Below, piece after piece: positions 11,060-22,508 of a DNA stretch of 64,000 bases. Origin of the DNA: Endomicrobiales bacterium (GTDB lineage: Bacteria; Elusimicrobiota; Endomicrobiia; Endomicrobiales; CAWCFT01); NCBI GenBank assembly GCA_963794945.1, contig CAWCFT010000001.1, positions 288,001 to 352,000 of the forward strand, written 5' to 3'. Made by a program: the position numbers and the translations under genes. Position 1 is the stretch's first letter, and every line of letters starts with the position of its first letter. The notes under the pieces were generated by a model. That model saw only the letters and a list, made by a program, of their open reading frames with translations, did not search any database and had not been told where the DNA came from.

Positions 11060-12676
11060 ATGATCAGCACCGAGAATGTCACGCTCTCATATGGAACTAG
11101 GATACTATTCGAAGACGTTACTATAAAATTCGACCCCGGCAACTGCTACGGCCTTATAGGGGCTAACGGGTCCGGGAAATCAACTTTTCTCAAGATACTG
11201 TCGGGCGAGATAGAGCCGACACATGGCACTGTGTCTATAACTCCGGGTGAGCGCATAGCCATCTTAAAGCAGGACCACTTCGAGTTCGACGAGTTCCCTG
11301 TGCTGGAGACAGTGATAATGGGGCACAAGAAACTTTATTCGGTCATGAAAGAACGTGAGGCGCTCTACGCGAAACCCGACTTTAACAACGACGACGGCAT
11401 GAAGGTTTCAAGCCTGGAAGAAGAATTCAATTATTTGAACGGCTGGGAAGCCGAACCGGAGGCCGCGAAGCTGCTCAATGGGCTGGACATAAAGGAAAAG
11501 CTTCATGCCCGAAAGATGAAGGAACTCTCTGGCGGCGAGAAAGTACGCGTTCTGCTTGCTCAGGCTCTTTTCGGCAACCCCGACATACTGCTGATGGACG
11601 AACCGACAAACAACTTGGACGTCGAGACCATAAACTGGCTTGAAGATTTCCTCTACGAGTTCAAGAATACCGTAATCACGGTGTCACATGACCGCCATTT
11701 TCTCGATAAGGTATGCACGCACATAGCCGACATAGATTACAATACGATACAGCTCTATTCCGGAAATTTCAGTTTTTGGCGCGAATCGAGCGAACTTGCC
11801 CTGCAGCAGAAAAAGGATTACAACAAAAAAATGGAGTCTAAAATAGAAGAGCTTAAAGAATTTGTCGCGCGTTTCAGCGCCAACGCTTCAAAAGCCAAGC
11901 AGGCAACATCGCGCAAGAACCTTATCGACAAAATAACCCTTGAGGACCTTAAACCTTCCACCCGCCGTTATCCTCACGTGATTTTCAAACCGACCAGGGA
12001 AGCCGGAAATGAGCTGCTGACAATAGATTCACTTAGCATAATTCAAGGCAGCGAGACATTGTTCAAGGAATTTTCCTGTATAATCAAAAAAGGCGAGAAA
12101 GTGGCGTTCGTAGGGAAGAACCGTCTGGCGGTCACGGCGCTGTTTAACGTCCTTATGGGTGAAGATAAGACCTCGGGAGGCGAGTTCAAGTGGGGTTCGA
12201 CAACCACACAGGCGTATTTCCCCAAGGAGCATGCCAAATACTTCACAAACGACATCAACCTTATAGAATGGCTAAGACAATTCTCAAAGGAAAAGGACGA
12301 GAGTTTTATAAGGGGTTTTCTCGGGAAAATGCTATTCTCGGGCGACGACACACAGAAAAAAGCGACCGTGCTTTCCGGAGGAGAAAAGGTCAGGTGCATG
12401 CTGTCAAAAATGATGCTCTCCGGCGCGAACGTACTTCTGTTCGATGAGCCAACTAACCATCTCGACCTCGAGTCCATAACAGCGCTAAACAACGGGCTGA
12501 TAGATTTCAAGGGAACTGTGCTCTTTACTTCGCATGACCACCAATTCGTACTGACCATAGCGAACCGAATAATAGAGCTCACTCCGAATGGATGTATAGA
12601 TAAATTGATGAATTACGATGAATACCTGGCTGACGAGAGGGTCAAACAGCAACGGGCTGAGTTATACGGGGATTGA
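11060..12676 (+). CDS. ABC-F family ATP-binding protein (YbiT/YkpA-like)
   Basis: Two ABC domains (GANGSGKST, LSGGEK x2, DEPTN x2) and no TM domain. Confidence 0.93.
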   Translation: MISTENVTLSYGTRILFEDVTIKFDPGNCYGLIGANGSGKSTFLKILSGEIEPTHGTVSITPGERIAILKQDHFEFDEFPVLETVIMGHKKLYSVMKEREALYAKPDFNNDDGMKVSSLEEEFNYLNGWEAEPEAAKLLNGLDIKEKLHARKMKELSGGEKVRVLLAQALFGNPDILLMDEPTNNLDVETINWLEDFLYEFKNTVITVSHDRHFLDKVCTHIADIDYNTIQLYSGNFSFWRESSELALQQKKDYNKKMESKIEELKEFVARFSANASKAKQATSRKNLIDKITLEDLKPSTRRYPHVIFKPTREAGNELLTIDSLSIIQGSETLFKEFSCIIKKGEKVAFVGKNRLAVTALFNVLMGEDKTSGGEFKWGSTTTQAYFPKEHAKYFTNDINLIEWLRQFSKEKDESFIRGFLGKMLFSGDDTQKKATVLSGGEKVRCMLSKMMLSGANVLLFDEPTNHLDLESITALNNGLIDFKGTVLFTSHDHQFVLTIANRIIELTPNGCIDKLMNYDEYLADERVKQQRAELYGD

Positions 12677-12685
12677 CTTCAAGTT

Positions 12686-12961
12686 TTAAATATATTTTTT
12701 AAGCTTCTTAGATCTTATAAACTCCAGCTTCTCACTTCTGTTCCAGCTTTTTATTTCCGCCTCGCGCTTAAGCGCCGAACTCATGGTTTTGCGGACTTCC
12801 CAATAAACAAGCTTCTCAACACCGAATGCCCTCGTATATTTAGCGCCCTTGCCCGTACTATGCTCAAGCAGCCGTCTCTTCAAGTCATTTGTGATTCCTG
12901 TATAGAGGCACCCGTTTCCGCACTTGAGTATATAAACTGACCATTTCGTTGTTTTACGCAT
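12686..12961 (-). CDS. GIY-YIG nuclease family protein (YhbQ-like)
   Basis: VYILKC...LYTGITNDLKRRL...GAKYTR...ALKREAEIK; ATG at 12961. Confidence 0.9.
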   Translation of the reverse strand: MRKTTKWSVYILKCGNGCLYTGITNDLKRRLLEHSTGKGAKYTRAFGVEKLVYWEVRKTMSSALKREAEIKSWNRSEKLEFIRSKKLKKYI

Positions 12962-12983
12962 AGTTGTATCTAAATTATACAAA

Positions 12984-13020
12984 AATAAAAACCGTCGATT
13001 AATAATCGGCGGTTTTATTT
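12984..13020 (-). terminator. Intrinsic terminator after the cold-shock gene
   Basis: AAAACCGTCGATT-aat-AATCGGCGGTTTT hairpin flanked by A/T runs. Confidence 0.7.
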
Positions 13021-13040
13021 TAATCTCAGAAAGGGGTTGG

Positions 13041-13244
13041 TTATACCTTCTTGATATTAGCTGCTTTTGGTCCTTTGTCGGACTGCTCGATGTCGAACTC
13101 GACAACGTCACCTTCCGCCAAAGTTTTAAATCCATCAGATGCTATTGCTGAAAAATGTGCGAACACATCTTTGCTGCCGTCATCGTTGGAAATAAAGCCA
13201 AAACCTTTTGCGTCATTGAACCATTTAACTTTACCACGTGCCAT
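13041..13244 (-). CDS. Cold-shock protein (CspA family)
   Basis: [18 protein letters not shown]...DVFAHFSAI (RNP1/RNP2), 67 aa. Confidence 0.97.
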   Translation of the reverse strand: MARGKVKWFNDAKGFGFISNDDGSKDVFAHFSAIASDGFKTLAEGDVVEFDIEQSDKGPKAANIKKV

Positions 13245-13393
13245 TACTAACTCACCTTCTTTTTTCTTATCCCGCTTTCGCGGGATGATTATTCCAAGCA
13301 TCGTAAAACGAGGCTTGCCCATCTAATATAGCATATATATAGCATTTTGTAACATTTATTTAAAATATTTTTCGGCCGGGGTATTAAACCCTC

Positions 13394-14245
13394 TCACGCA
13401 GCTTGTTTCGGTTCAGCATAAAGATAGTTATCTTTGATCGTCACCGCGTAGCCTACGCCTTCAAGCAGCGCCTTGACTTCATGTTCTGTATTATGCGTTT
13501 CCATAATTATGAACGGCCTGAACCTGAGCAAAGTGCCTTTAGCACCTTCGAGTATCTTAATCTCGGCTCCCTCAGTGTCTATCTTTATGAGGTCTACGGA
13601 TTTCAACCCGAGCTCTTCAACGACTTTATCCATTACAGCCGTTCTTACGGTGACGAACTCGCCCTTCTGGGCTACCATCGAGTGCCCGCCAGTTGAAAGC
13701 TCGTCTATATACAGCTTCATCTCGCCGCTCTCATTCCACAAACCCATATTTATAGCCTTGACGCCTGCCAATGAGTTTAATTCTATATTTCTGGTCAGCC
13801 TCTTGAAATTCACAGGGAAGGGCTCGAACGCAACCACCGAGGCCTTTTTCTCTAAGGCGGATTTCACGCTAAAAGACCCTATCTGAGCCCCAACATCCAG
13901 CACTACCGCTCCTTCTTTCAATGGGAACCACCCGTAGATGTCGTCCGCATAAATCTCCTTTATGTGAATGAAGATATCAAAATATGTGCACACCATACGC
14001 GCACCGTTCGGCAAACGCACCATAAGCTCTTTTTGGAATGCCCTCATTTTGTTGAGCCTGTCAATGGCTTTCGCATGGTCCCTGCCCAGAACGAGGTACA
14101 AAGTATAATAAGTGAAAAGATAGGCTAACCTGAGCAGAAGGTTCCCCTTAACTTTAAGCTGGAACGCAAAATGCCGCTTAACCGGTTCTGGTATAAACAT
14201 GATCTGATTTTCTCCTTGTTCCTTTTTTCTAAAGCACCCTGTCAT
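13394..14245 (-). CDS. FkbM-family methyltransferase
   Basis: VLDVGAQIG, AFEP and IKIDTEGAE motifs. Confidence 0.9.
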   Translation of the reverse strand: MTGCFRKKEQGENQIMFIPEPVKRHFAFQLKVKGNLLLRLAYLFTYYTLYLVLGRDHAKAIDRLNKMRAFQKELMVRLPNGARMVCTYFDIFIHIKEIYADDIYGWFPLKEGAVVLDVGAQIGSFSVKSALEKKASVVAFEPFPVNFKRLTRNIELNSLAGVKAINMGLWNESGEMKLYIDELSTGGHSMVAQKGEFVTVRTAVMDKVVEELGLKSVDLIKIDTEGAEIKILEGAKGTLLRFRPFIIMETHNTEHEVKALLEGVGYAVTIKDNYLYAEPKQAA

Positions 14246-15243
14246 TGGTTCTTTAATTTTTTGTTGAAGCCCTCGGCTGTCTTGAACAGGCCCGGTGTTA
14301 TGTACGCTCCCGCGGTCAGCGACGCCAGCCTTAATATGTGTTTAGCCTCTACGGCCATTGATTTCCTTTTAAGCAGTTCGCCTATCATTCTTCTGGCGCT
14401 TGTTCGGTCACCGCGGCGCAGGTATATTGCGCAAAGCGCCTGGTAAGCGTTGTAAGAATTATTGTCAATATAATCGGCCATGCCCGGTCCAACAGCAAGT
14501 ATGCGTTCCCTATTATTAGAAATAAAAACCGCCGCGTAATCGATGTACCCAATCCACAATTTTTCCTGGTGTGTCGCAGTTATGGATGACGCGTGCCTGC
14601 GCCAGAAACCCAGCGGCTTTTCGATGAACCCGAACCTGCCTTCAAACGCGAGGTTCATGTAGGTAGGGTAATCCACGAGGAACAGAGATGGTATCTGCTG
14701 GAATCCGCCTATATTCACCAGAGCGCTTTTTTTTACCATCACGCTCGGAGCAAACACCGGGTCTTCCCCCATTAAGAACGCCTTCAATGACATCCCTTTC
14801 GGGTCGTTTAGCCTTATTTCATCAGGGTAAGGGTTATTAATTTCGGACTCTGTGCCTTCAACAACCTCTATCATCCGCCCATGTACCAGGACCGCGTCCC
14901 GCGTGCTTTCAAAAGACCTTAGCTGTTCTTCCAGTCTTTGCTCCGGCCAGTAATCATCCCCTTCTATTACAGTAACAAAATCGCCCTGCGACATGGCGAG
15001 GGCCTGGTTATGTAATTCTCCAAGCCTGCCAGGCCCGTAGTTGGCCAAGTGATCTATAACGGTTATTCTCGGATCATTTCTGGCGTACGCCGCAATTATC
15101 TCTTTAGTGCGGTCAGTGGAAGCATCGTTGACTATTATCATCTCCCAGTTCCGAAAGCTCTGTTTCAGAACAGACTCGATGCATTGGGCGATATATTTTT
15201 CGTGATTATACGTTGGGGCGATGATCGAGACTTCCGGCTTCAT
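14242..15243 (-). CDS. Glycosyltransferase family 2
   Basis: VSIIAPTYNHEKYI...IVNDASTD...EGDDYW. Confidence 0.92.
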   Translation of the reverse strand: MKPEVSIIAPTYNHEKYIAQCIESVLKQSFRNWEMIIVNDASTDRTKEIIAAYARNDPRITVIDHLANYGPGRLGELHNQALAMSQGDFVTVIEGDDYWPEQRLEEQLRSFESTRDAVLVHGRMIEVVEGTESEINNPYPDEIRLNDPKGMSLKAFLMGEDPVFAPSVMVKKSALVNIGGFQQIPSLFLVDYPTYMNLAFEGRFGFIEKPLGFWRRHASSITATHQEKLWIGYIDYAAVFISNNRERILAVGPGMADYIDNNSYNAYQALCAIYLRRGDRTSARRMIGELLKRKSMAVEAKHILRLASLTAGAYITPGLFKTAEGFNKKLKNQ

Positions 15244-15260
15244 AATAATTGACTCCGCTG

Positions 15261-16823
15261 CTACTGGTGCATCTTATCGAATTCTTTGACTGCCTTTAAG
15301 CAGCTGGAAACTTCTTCTAGGCCCAGGATACCAGAGACCGCCATAAAAACCGCAGTCCCCGCGGCGAACCCGAGAATTATGCCGACGGCATTAAACACAA
15401 GCGCGTGTGCGGTAACATGGTGTATGTACCAGCCGTAAATCAATATCAGCGCGGCGCCGGCCGCTGCCGCTGCCGGCACTATCTTTAACAATCCGTTTAA
15501 AATATATTTCCATCCCAGAATGATGTTTCTTTTGTTGAGCAGCACGCTCAGTATAACACACGATACTGCCTGAACCAATGAAGTTGAAAGTGCTATACCA
15601 GCGGCTGGAGGCCTGATCAATCGTATAAAAAGAAAATTCAACACGATGTTTAAGATAATGCTAAATAACGCCACTTTCAAGAACGCCGCGGTATCACGCA
15701 TGGCGAGTATGGCCCGATACAATATTAGCGCCACCGTAAAGAATAATATCTGGAAGCTGTAGCAGACGAATATGTTTGAGGTAAGAAGGGTCGCTGTGTG
15801 GGTGAACGCGCCTCTTTCGAACAACAGCGATATTACGGGCTCGGCGAGTATTACCGCCATTACGGTCAACGGGATGAAAATGAACGCCGACATGCGTACG
15901 CTTTTAGATATCGATTCGCTCATCTCAACAAGCTTGTTCTCAGCGGCCTGCTTGGAAAAATAAGGGAATATGGCAATGGATATTGAGCCGGAGAATATTA
16001 TCAGCGGTACCTGAACAAGCTTATCCGCGTAACCGAGGGCCGCGAGGCTGCCTACTTCAAGAAAAGACGCCATCACCCGGTCAACGAGCATGTTGACCTG
16101 TGATGACAATACTGCAAGCAGAAGCATGGCGGCCCCTGCGAATATCTCTTTGAGAGCCGGCGAATTGCGTTCTAAAGAAGCGGCGTAACGGTAGCCTTTC
16201 GCGTAAGCAAATACAACCAGCGCCGCGAACTGGAACGCGACACCAGCGGCAAGGCCTGCAGCAAGAGAGTATACTCCAAGGCTCCTGGCAGTCAAAAGCA
16301 GAAAAGCCATGGTGGAGACAGTTACCGACACCTGAAGAAGCGCCGGCCATTTAAAACTCTCGTAACTATTTAGAAGCGCACTGAATATCCCTGCAAGACT
16401 GCTGAACACGACTGTTACGGAAACAGCACGAAGTATGTTAGATGCCAGGTGAGCTGTCTCCGGAGAGAACCCATGGAAACACAGGCGTATTAAAAGTGGT
16501 GCAAAAATGAAGAAGAATGCTGAGATGGCTGACGTTAAAAGAAGCACATAGTTGACCACGATCGACACGGTCATGAGCGAAGTGGCCTGTTCTTGCTCCC
16601 TGTATTTGACGAAGACGGGGATGAAAGCTGCTATAAAAGTTGATATTAATATGTTGGTCAACAGGTTTGGCAGGGTTATCGCGGCGTAGTAGGCGTCCAT
16701 CTGCCTGCTGACGCCGAAATATGAAGCAACAAGCATCTCTTTTAAGAGGCTAAGCGAGTGTCCAAAAATGCTGATCGTTATAAGTACGATAGAAGCGCGT
16801 GCAATCTTACGGTTTACGCTCAC
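15261..16823 (-). CDS. MurJ/MviN-family flippase (paralog in the glycan cluster)
   Basis: KEMLVASYFG...DAYYAAITLP and FERGAF motifs, about 14 TM segments. Confidence 0.85.
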   Translation of the reverse strand: MSVNRKIARASIVLITISIFGHSLSLLKEMLVASYFGVSRQMDAYYAAITLPNLLTNILISTFIAAFIPVFVKYREQEQATSLMTVSIVVNYVLLLTSAISAFFFIFAPLLIRLCFHGFSPETAHLASNILRAVSVTVVFSSLAGIFSALLNSYESFKWPALLQVSVTVSTMAFLLLTARSLGVYSLAAGLAAGVAFQFAALVVFAYAKGYRYAASLERNSPALKEIFAGAAMLLLAVLSSQVNMLVDRVMASFLEVGSLAALGYADKLVQVPLIIFSGSISIAIFPYFSKQAAENKLVEMSESISKSVRMSAFIFIPLTVMAVILAEPVISLLFERGAFTHTATLLTSNIFVCYSFQILFFTVALILYRAILAMRDTAAFLKVALFSIILNIVLNFLFIRLIRPPAAGIALSTSLVQAVSCVILSVLLNKRNIILGWKYILNGLLKIVPAAAAAGAALILIYGWYIHHVTAHALVFNAVGIILGFAAGTAVFMAVSGILGLEEVSSCLKAVKEFDKMHQ

Positions 16824-16945
16824 TTGCCTGCCTCGTTGCTGTCTCTGTCATGGTCTTATAGAAGGGTGTCACGGAAAATTGCAGTCTGTGAATCAATTGA
16901 TTTTACTAAATAAATCAATGCTTTTCAACGAGACAGGGTGCGTTC

Positions 16946-18436
16946 TTAACTTCTTGGAACGGCCGGTGTTTTGCGAAGTATATTCATAACGAACTGTACG
17001 GCATCTATAATATATTTCTCTATGAAAAACCCAAAATATCTGCTCTTCCAGCGCCAGCGGAACACGGGGTCAATCAGCGCATAGAACCATTTCCTCAAAA
17101 AGAAATCATCGGGTTTCTTGAAGAATCGGCGTAGGATGTAAAGTGACACCGCGGATGCGTACCTGCTATATTTTCTCGGTAGCCAGGGATTTTTGTATGC
17201 GTAGAGGTCCATACTGCTCCACTCCTCAAGCGAGGCCGGCGGCTTGAACCCGTATTTTACTGCACGTCCATACAGATCGCTACCCGGGTATGGCGTGTAG
17301 GTAAATATATAGGCATCGGTAACGCAGCTGGCACCGGAAGAAAACATACGGTCAAGCAGGGATATAGTAGCATCGAACTCTTTTTTCGGATCCTGGCCGG
17401 GAAGCCCTATCATGAGCGAGACCCAGAGGTTGAACTGGTGTTTGGAGGCGAGCTGGAAAAGTTTGAACGTGTCTTCAACGGTGTTCTTCTTTTTAATAAG
17501 ATCAAGCACGGACTGGTCGCCTGATTCCGCGCCTATGAGCAGTTCCCGGAAACCCGCCCTTCGCATAAGTTCCCACTCATTATCGCTGTAGGTAAGCAGT
17601 GCATCCACTCGCGCGTTGACACCGAAGAATATCACTCTTATACCTCGCTCAGTAAGCAGCCCGCATATCTTTAAGACTCGGTTCTTATCAACGAAAAAAT
17701 TGCTGTCCCTTAAGAGTATTGATTGAACGCCGTATTTATTTACTATAGAAGCTATCTCGTCAACGGTCCTCTCGGCGCTCAGGGCCACCCACTGCCTCCG
17801 GCAAAACACCGTTTCCGCGCAGAACCCGCACTCAAAAGGACAACCTTGAGAAGAATAATATGCCAGGAACCGGCCCCACTTAGGGTCAAAGTTTGTGTAA
17901 CGGCCGCTGTCAATCATATCCCATGGCAGCGCAGGGAACTCGTCGAGCTTCTGAAATTTGCGCGGCGGGTTGTCTTTAAGCTCTCCATCTTTTTTAAACG
18001 AAATGCCTTCTATACTTTCGAGCGGCAGCTTGTTTGCCAGGGCTTCAACAACTTCCCTGAAAGCCGACTCTCCCTGGCCTTTTATAACAATGTCGACACT
18101 GGGATCGCTCAAGGTCTCAACGGGCAGTATGGAAGGGTGATACCCTCCCCAAATTATAGGCGTGTCCGGAGACAGGCTTTTAACCAGCCTGGCTATCTTG
18201 AGGCCTTCCCTTATCTGGAACCCCGTCATGGCGGTTATTCCGACGCAAAGCGCGCCGTCCCTAACATTCCCCGTTATCTTCTCTATAAAATCACTGTCTA
18301 CGGTAGCGTTTACCATAACAACCTGGTAACGGTTTCTATCCAGCACCCTCGAGATCGCTAGGAGATTTAGCGGGAGAGATTTCTTCGCGTTCGGCACCGG
18401 AGTCGGATAAAAAAGTATTACTTTGCCATTCGGCAT
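16946..18436 (-). CDS. Cobalamin-binding radical SAM protein
   Basis: N-terminal B12-binding pattern (IIWGGYHPS...GQGE), CPFECGFC cluster motif, GAESG. Confidence 0.9.
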   Translation of the reverse strand: MPNGKVILFYPTPVPNAKKSLPLNLLAISRVLDRNRYQVVMVNATVDSDFIEKITGNVRDGALCVGITAMTGFQIREGLKIARLVKSLSPDTPIIWGGYHPSILPVETLSDPSVDIVIKGQGESAFREVVEALANKLPLESIEGISFKKDGELKDNPPRKFQKLDEFPALPWDMIDSGRYTNFDPKWGRFLAYYSSQGCPFECGFCAETVFCRRQWVALSAERTVDEIASIVNKYGVQSILLRDSNFFVDKNRVLKICGLLTERGIRVIFFGVNARVDALLTYSDNEWELMRRAGFRELLIGAESGDQSVLDLIKKKNTVEDTFKLFQLASKHQFNLWVSLMIGLPGQDPKKEFDATISLLDRMFSSGASCVTDAYIFTYTPYPGSDLYGRAVKYGFKPPASLEEWSSMDLYAYKNPWLPRKYSRYASAVSLYILRRFFKKPDDFFLRKWFYALIDPVFRWRWKSRYFGFFIEKYIIDAVQFVMNILRKTPAVPRS

Positions 18437-18582
18437 TTAGTTACCTCGAATAATACAGCTAAAGCGATACGACATTTTAGCGAAATCGGCACCTTTAGGC
18501 AAGTACAGCGGGCCTGATCTGTCCGAAAGAACCGTCAAAAAATGGTATAATAAATGCAACGCAACATCCTAAGGAGAATTAC

Positions 18583-20246
18583 ATTTTTCTTCCAACAACA
18601 AAACAGGAACTAGATAAACTCGGCTGGGACAGGCCAGATATTATCCTTGTCACGGGCGACGCCTATATAGACAGCCCGCATGTGGGCGTTTCAGTTATAG
18701 GCAAATATCTTTCGGCTAAAGGGTTCAACGTTGCGGTGATCGGCCAGCCGTCAATAGACAGTGATTCCGATATCGCGCGGTTAGGAGAACCTAAACTTTT
18801 CTGGGGAGTTACCGCAGGCTGCATTGACTCTATGGTGGCTAACCACACCGCGCTTAAGAAATGGCGCAAACAAGACGACTACACCCCTGGCGGTGTCAAC
18901 AAAAGGCCCGACCACGCCTGCGTTGCGTATACAAACCTCATCAGGCGATACTTCAAGAACACTCAACCTATAGTACTTGGCGGCCTTGAAGCGAGCCTAA
19001 GGCGTATAGCTCACTACGATTACTGGGATAATTCTGTAAAACGTTCTATACTGTTTGACGCGAAAGCCGACGTGATAGCTTACGGCATGGCTGAGAGGAC
19101 TGTTTTTGAACTTGCTTCAGCGATAAAAGAAGGCAGGGATTGGAAACAACTTTGCGGTATATGTTACGCCGCTGACAAGCCTGAGGAAAACCTTGCAAAA
19201 CTTCCATCTTTCGAAGAAGTGAAAGACGACAAAAGAAAGTTCTTGCAGATGTTCAACATCTTTTACAAGGACTGCGACGACGCCTCAAAAGGCTTTGTGC
19301 AGAAACACGGCGACAAGTTCCTTATACACAACCCGCCTTTGCCTCCGCCATCTCCGAAAGAGCTCGACGAGGTCTACGAACTCGATTTTGAACGCGACGC
19401 CCACCCTTACTACAAAACAGGCGAAATACGAGCGCTGGAAACTATCAGACAGTCTATCACATCCCACAGGGGGTGTTACGGCCAGTGCAGTTTTTGTTCG
19501 ATAGCACCTCACCAGGGAAGAAGGGTAGTATCAAGGAGCACGGCATCGATACTAAGAGAAGCGGAAAAAATATCGCAGCTGCCAGGCTTTAACGGCATAA
19601 TTTATGACGTGGGCGGGCCGACGGCGAATATGTACGCCTCGGAATGCCTCAAAGGCGGTGTCCCTTGCAAGCACAGAAGTTGTCTTGTCCGCAACCATGC
19701 GACAAATTGAGGTTCGGCCACAAAACTCAGATAAAGCTGCTGGCTGATATCTTGAAGATACCGAAAGTTAAAAAGGTATTTATTTCGACGGGGGTGCGCT
19801 ACGACATGGTTGTGGCGGATAAAACTTCCGGCAGGGACTATTTAAAACAGCTAGTGAAATACCACGTTTCTGGACAGATAAAAATAGCGCCGGAACATTA
19901 CGACAACGAAGTCCTTGCGCTTATGAACAAACCTTCAATAAAACCGCTTATGAGATTTAAAACTCTTTTTGATGAAGTATGCCGTGAAGAAGGAAAGCGC
20001 TATTTCCTGACATATTACCTTATCGCGGCCCACCCCGGTTGCACAACAGCTCACATGTTCAGGCTTAAAGATTTTCTGCGCGGAGGGATAAAGGCACTAC
20101 CGGAACAGGTACAGATATTCACTCCCACGCCTTCAACGCTCTCGACAGCCATGTTCTGGTGCGAAACCGACCCGTCAGGCAGGAAAATATTCGTTGAGAA
20201 ATCAACTTATGAAAAGCAGAGACAGAAAGACATTATAAGAAGATGA
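18583..20246 (+). CDS. YgiQ-family radical SAM protein; frameshift near 19690; apparent ATT start
   Basis: FLPTTKQELDKLGWDRPDIILVTGDAYIDSP, GGLEASLRRIAHYDYW, RGCYGQCSFC; the C-terminal half (IAPEH, AAHPG, EQVQIFTPTP) is in ORF 19644..20246. Confidence 0.9.
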
Positions 20247-20264
20247 TCGGGCTTTAAATATTTT

Positions 20265-22478
20265 TCATCTCCCGTGCCACCCTCCGCCGCTCCTACCGCC
20301 ACCCCAACCGCCGCCAGTTCCACCGCCTCTCCAGCTGCCACCCTCATGCCCTCCCCAGTTGCCGCCAGTTCCACCACCAGACCAACCGCTTGTATTTTCT
20401 TTAAAACTACTATATCGGGATTCACCCTGTTCGTGAGCAACAGCCTGCCTGTTTAAACTGCTCTGTTCACTGCTGATCGGAGCTTTTGACGGCACACTTA
20501 AATTCTCCCATCGGCACGCTGCTGCTTTGTTTGTAAACATGGCCGTTTGGCGTACCATAAATACGTTGACTGGAGCCAACTGACCTTGTCCCTACCAATC
20601 CAGCTTTAAACACGTTATGTACTGCCTGTTGGTGCCCGACTACCATAATACCTGTCCTTGAATTGTATGCCCTTCCGAAATGGCTCATGTCGGAATAAAA
20701 CCGATGGGCTCCTTCACGATAAAAGGACCTGTTGTAACCATTGAAACCGGTGCTTAACTCCCACGGGTGGAATCTGTAGTGAAAATCGTGCCTCCAACCA
20801 TAAAACGGTCCCCAATAAGGGAAAGGAGGATAATACCACCATGGCCCAAAACCCCAGCCAAAACCAAAACTGAAGCTCCAGCCGTACCAGGGTGTCCAGC
20901 AAAGCTCCGAACCATAGCCATATGTATCCATGGGACAATACCACACAGAACTGCCTACATATGATGGGTACGCATAACCTGTACCGTAAACGACTGTTCC
21001 ATCATTGCTTACGACCGTACCATAATATCCCGGGGTATAGCCAACATAAACCGACTGTGCGTCCGAATTATAAACCTTTACATAAGTAACGTAATGCAGC
21101 GGAGATTTTACCGGTATCGAATAAATAACCGCCGGAACAAAATCAGCCACGACCCAGGGGCCGTTCACATCTTTAGCCTTATACCATACCCCGTTATAGA
21201 CCGCATACCAGTTATTCTCGTCTACCTTTATTACCGGTATTGAACAGTTAAATACATAAGAAAGCCCGGTGCCTTCAATAGGCCTGAGCTGCGGAGTGCC
21301 GTCTATTTCAAGCGTCATTTTTGTTGTTACCCGGTCAACTTTTGTAGTGGAAGGAATACTGTTCGCTATTATCGCTTCCTGCGCTTGATGAGTACCTGAA
21401 ACAGACGCTTTTACGTTCTCTTTCTGGGTTTTATCAGGAATTTTCGCGAAGTCATCCGGGATCTTGTTAGAAGGCACATATACCCAGGACCCGGTTTCCG
21501 AAGGCGATTTAAACCATCTGCCTGATATCAGAACATATATGTTCTGATCTTCAGTATCCCTGAATATGTTGGCTGATGTATTTGAAACATACAACAGCTT
21601 GGTCCCTTCGATAGGCACGTAATTAGGTTCCCCATCGGTAACCATGAGTTCTGCAGGCGTCTTAGATATAAAAATCAAGGGAGTAAGTTTCAAAAGAGTC
21701 GGTTTATTGCCTGCCTGATCGGCTTCCCCTTCCAGAAGGTCAACTCCCTCCGGCTTTTCGAGCGCCGCTATGTCCGATGGTGTATTTTGGGATATTGTCC
21801 ACACCCCGTTAATGTCCGATGCGGTCATGTAACCGTCAAATACATGCAGATAATATTTCCCTGTTTTGTCTTTAATAAGAAAAACCCGGGTATTAAGTAC
21901 CCTCGAGAGGCTCGTGCCTTTTATGGGTGTGTAGGCTGGCTCTCCATCAATATTAACAAGCACTGCCGGCTTATTTGAGAATATTATCTTTGGAGGAGTA
22001 TTGTTCAGCGCGTAAGACTCTCCTTTTTCCTGTTCCTCAAGTATTGCGAGATTTGCCTCAAGCCTGTCAAGGGACATGCCTTTCATCTGAAGCGGGCAGC
22101 CTGGCGCAATATATTCAAATAACTTTGTTCCTGTTCGGGCAGTGAAGGGAATTTTACGCTGTCTATCTGTAGCTTGTCAAACTTAACAAGTCTTTTGTCC
22201 TTATCTACTATAGTATTGAAAGTAAAACTCGCGACGCCGTACGAGATCTTTTTCTCGTCAGTGGAGCTATTCGCACCAATAGCGCAATGAACGTGAAGTA
22301 TATAACCGTCCCAGCTGTCTATTTGGGGCTGGTACACTTTAAAGGCAACGCCCTGCGCGTTAATTGTCAAAGGCCATTGGTCATCAGTTTGCGCGGGAAC
22401 ATCTTGAGCTGTCGCGCAGATAAAAGATTGCGCCGCTAACGCAACAATACATAATCCTGACATTATCAATCTTTTCAT
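20265..22478 (-). CDS. Large secreted protein with Trp/Tyr-rich repeats and a Gly-rich tail; split by frameshifts near 22085 and 20515
   Basis: ORFs 22083..22478 (signal peptide), 20467..22086 and 20265..20579 (Gly-rich end) read as one continuous protein. Confidence 0.7.
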
Positions 22479-22508
22479 AGATGCGCCCCTTTTAAAGCAA
22501 AAAGAATA

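Noticed and set aside
17723..18361. 212-aa plus-strand ORF and similar long antisense ORFs (27187..27873, 32016..32777)
   Set aside because: Each lies opposite a well-supported gene and has no family motifs
20265..20380. CCGCC/CCACC-rich repeats
   Set aside because: They encode the Gly-rich tail of the secreted protein; not a DNA repeat element
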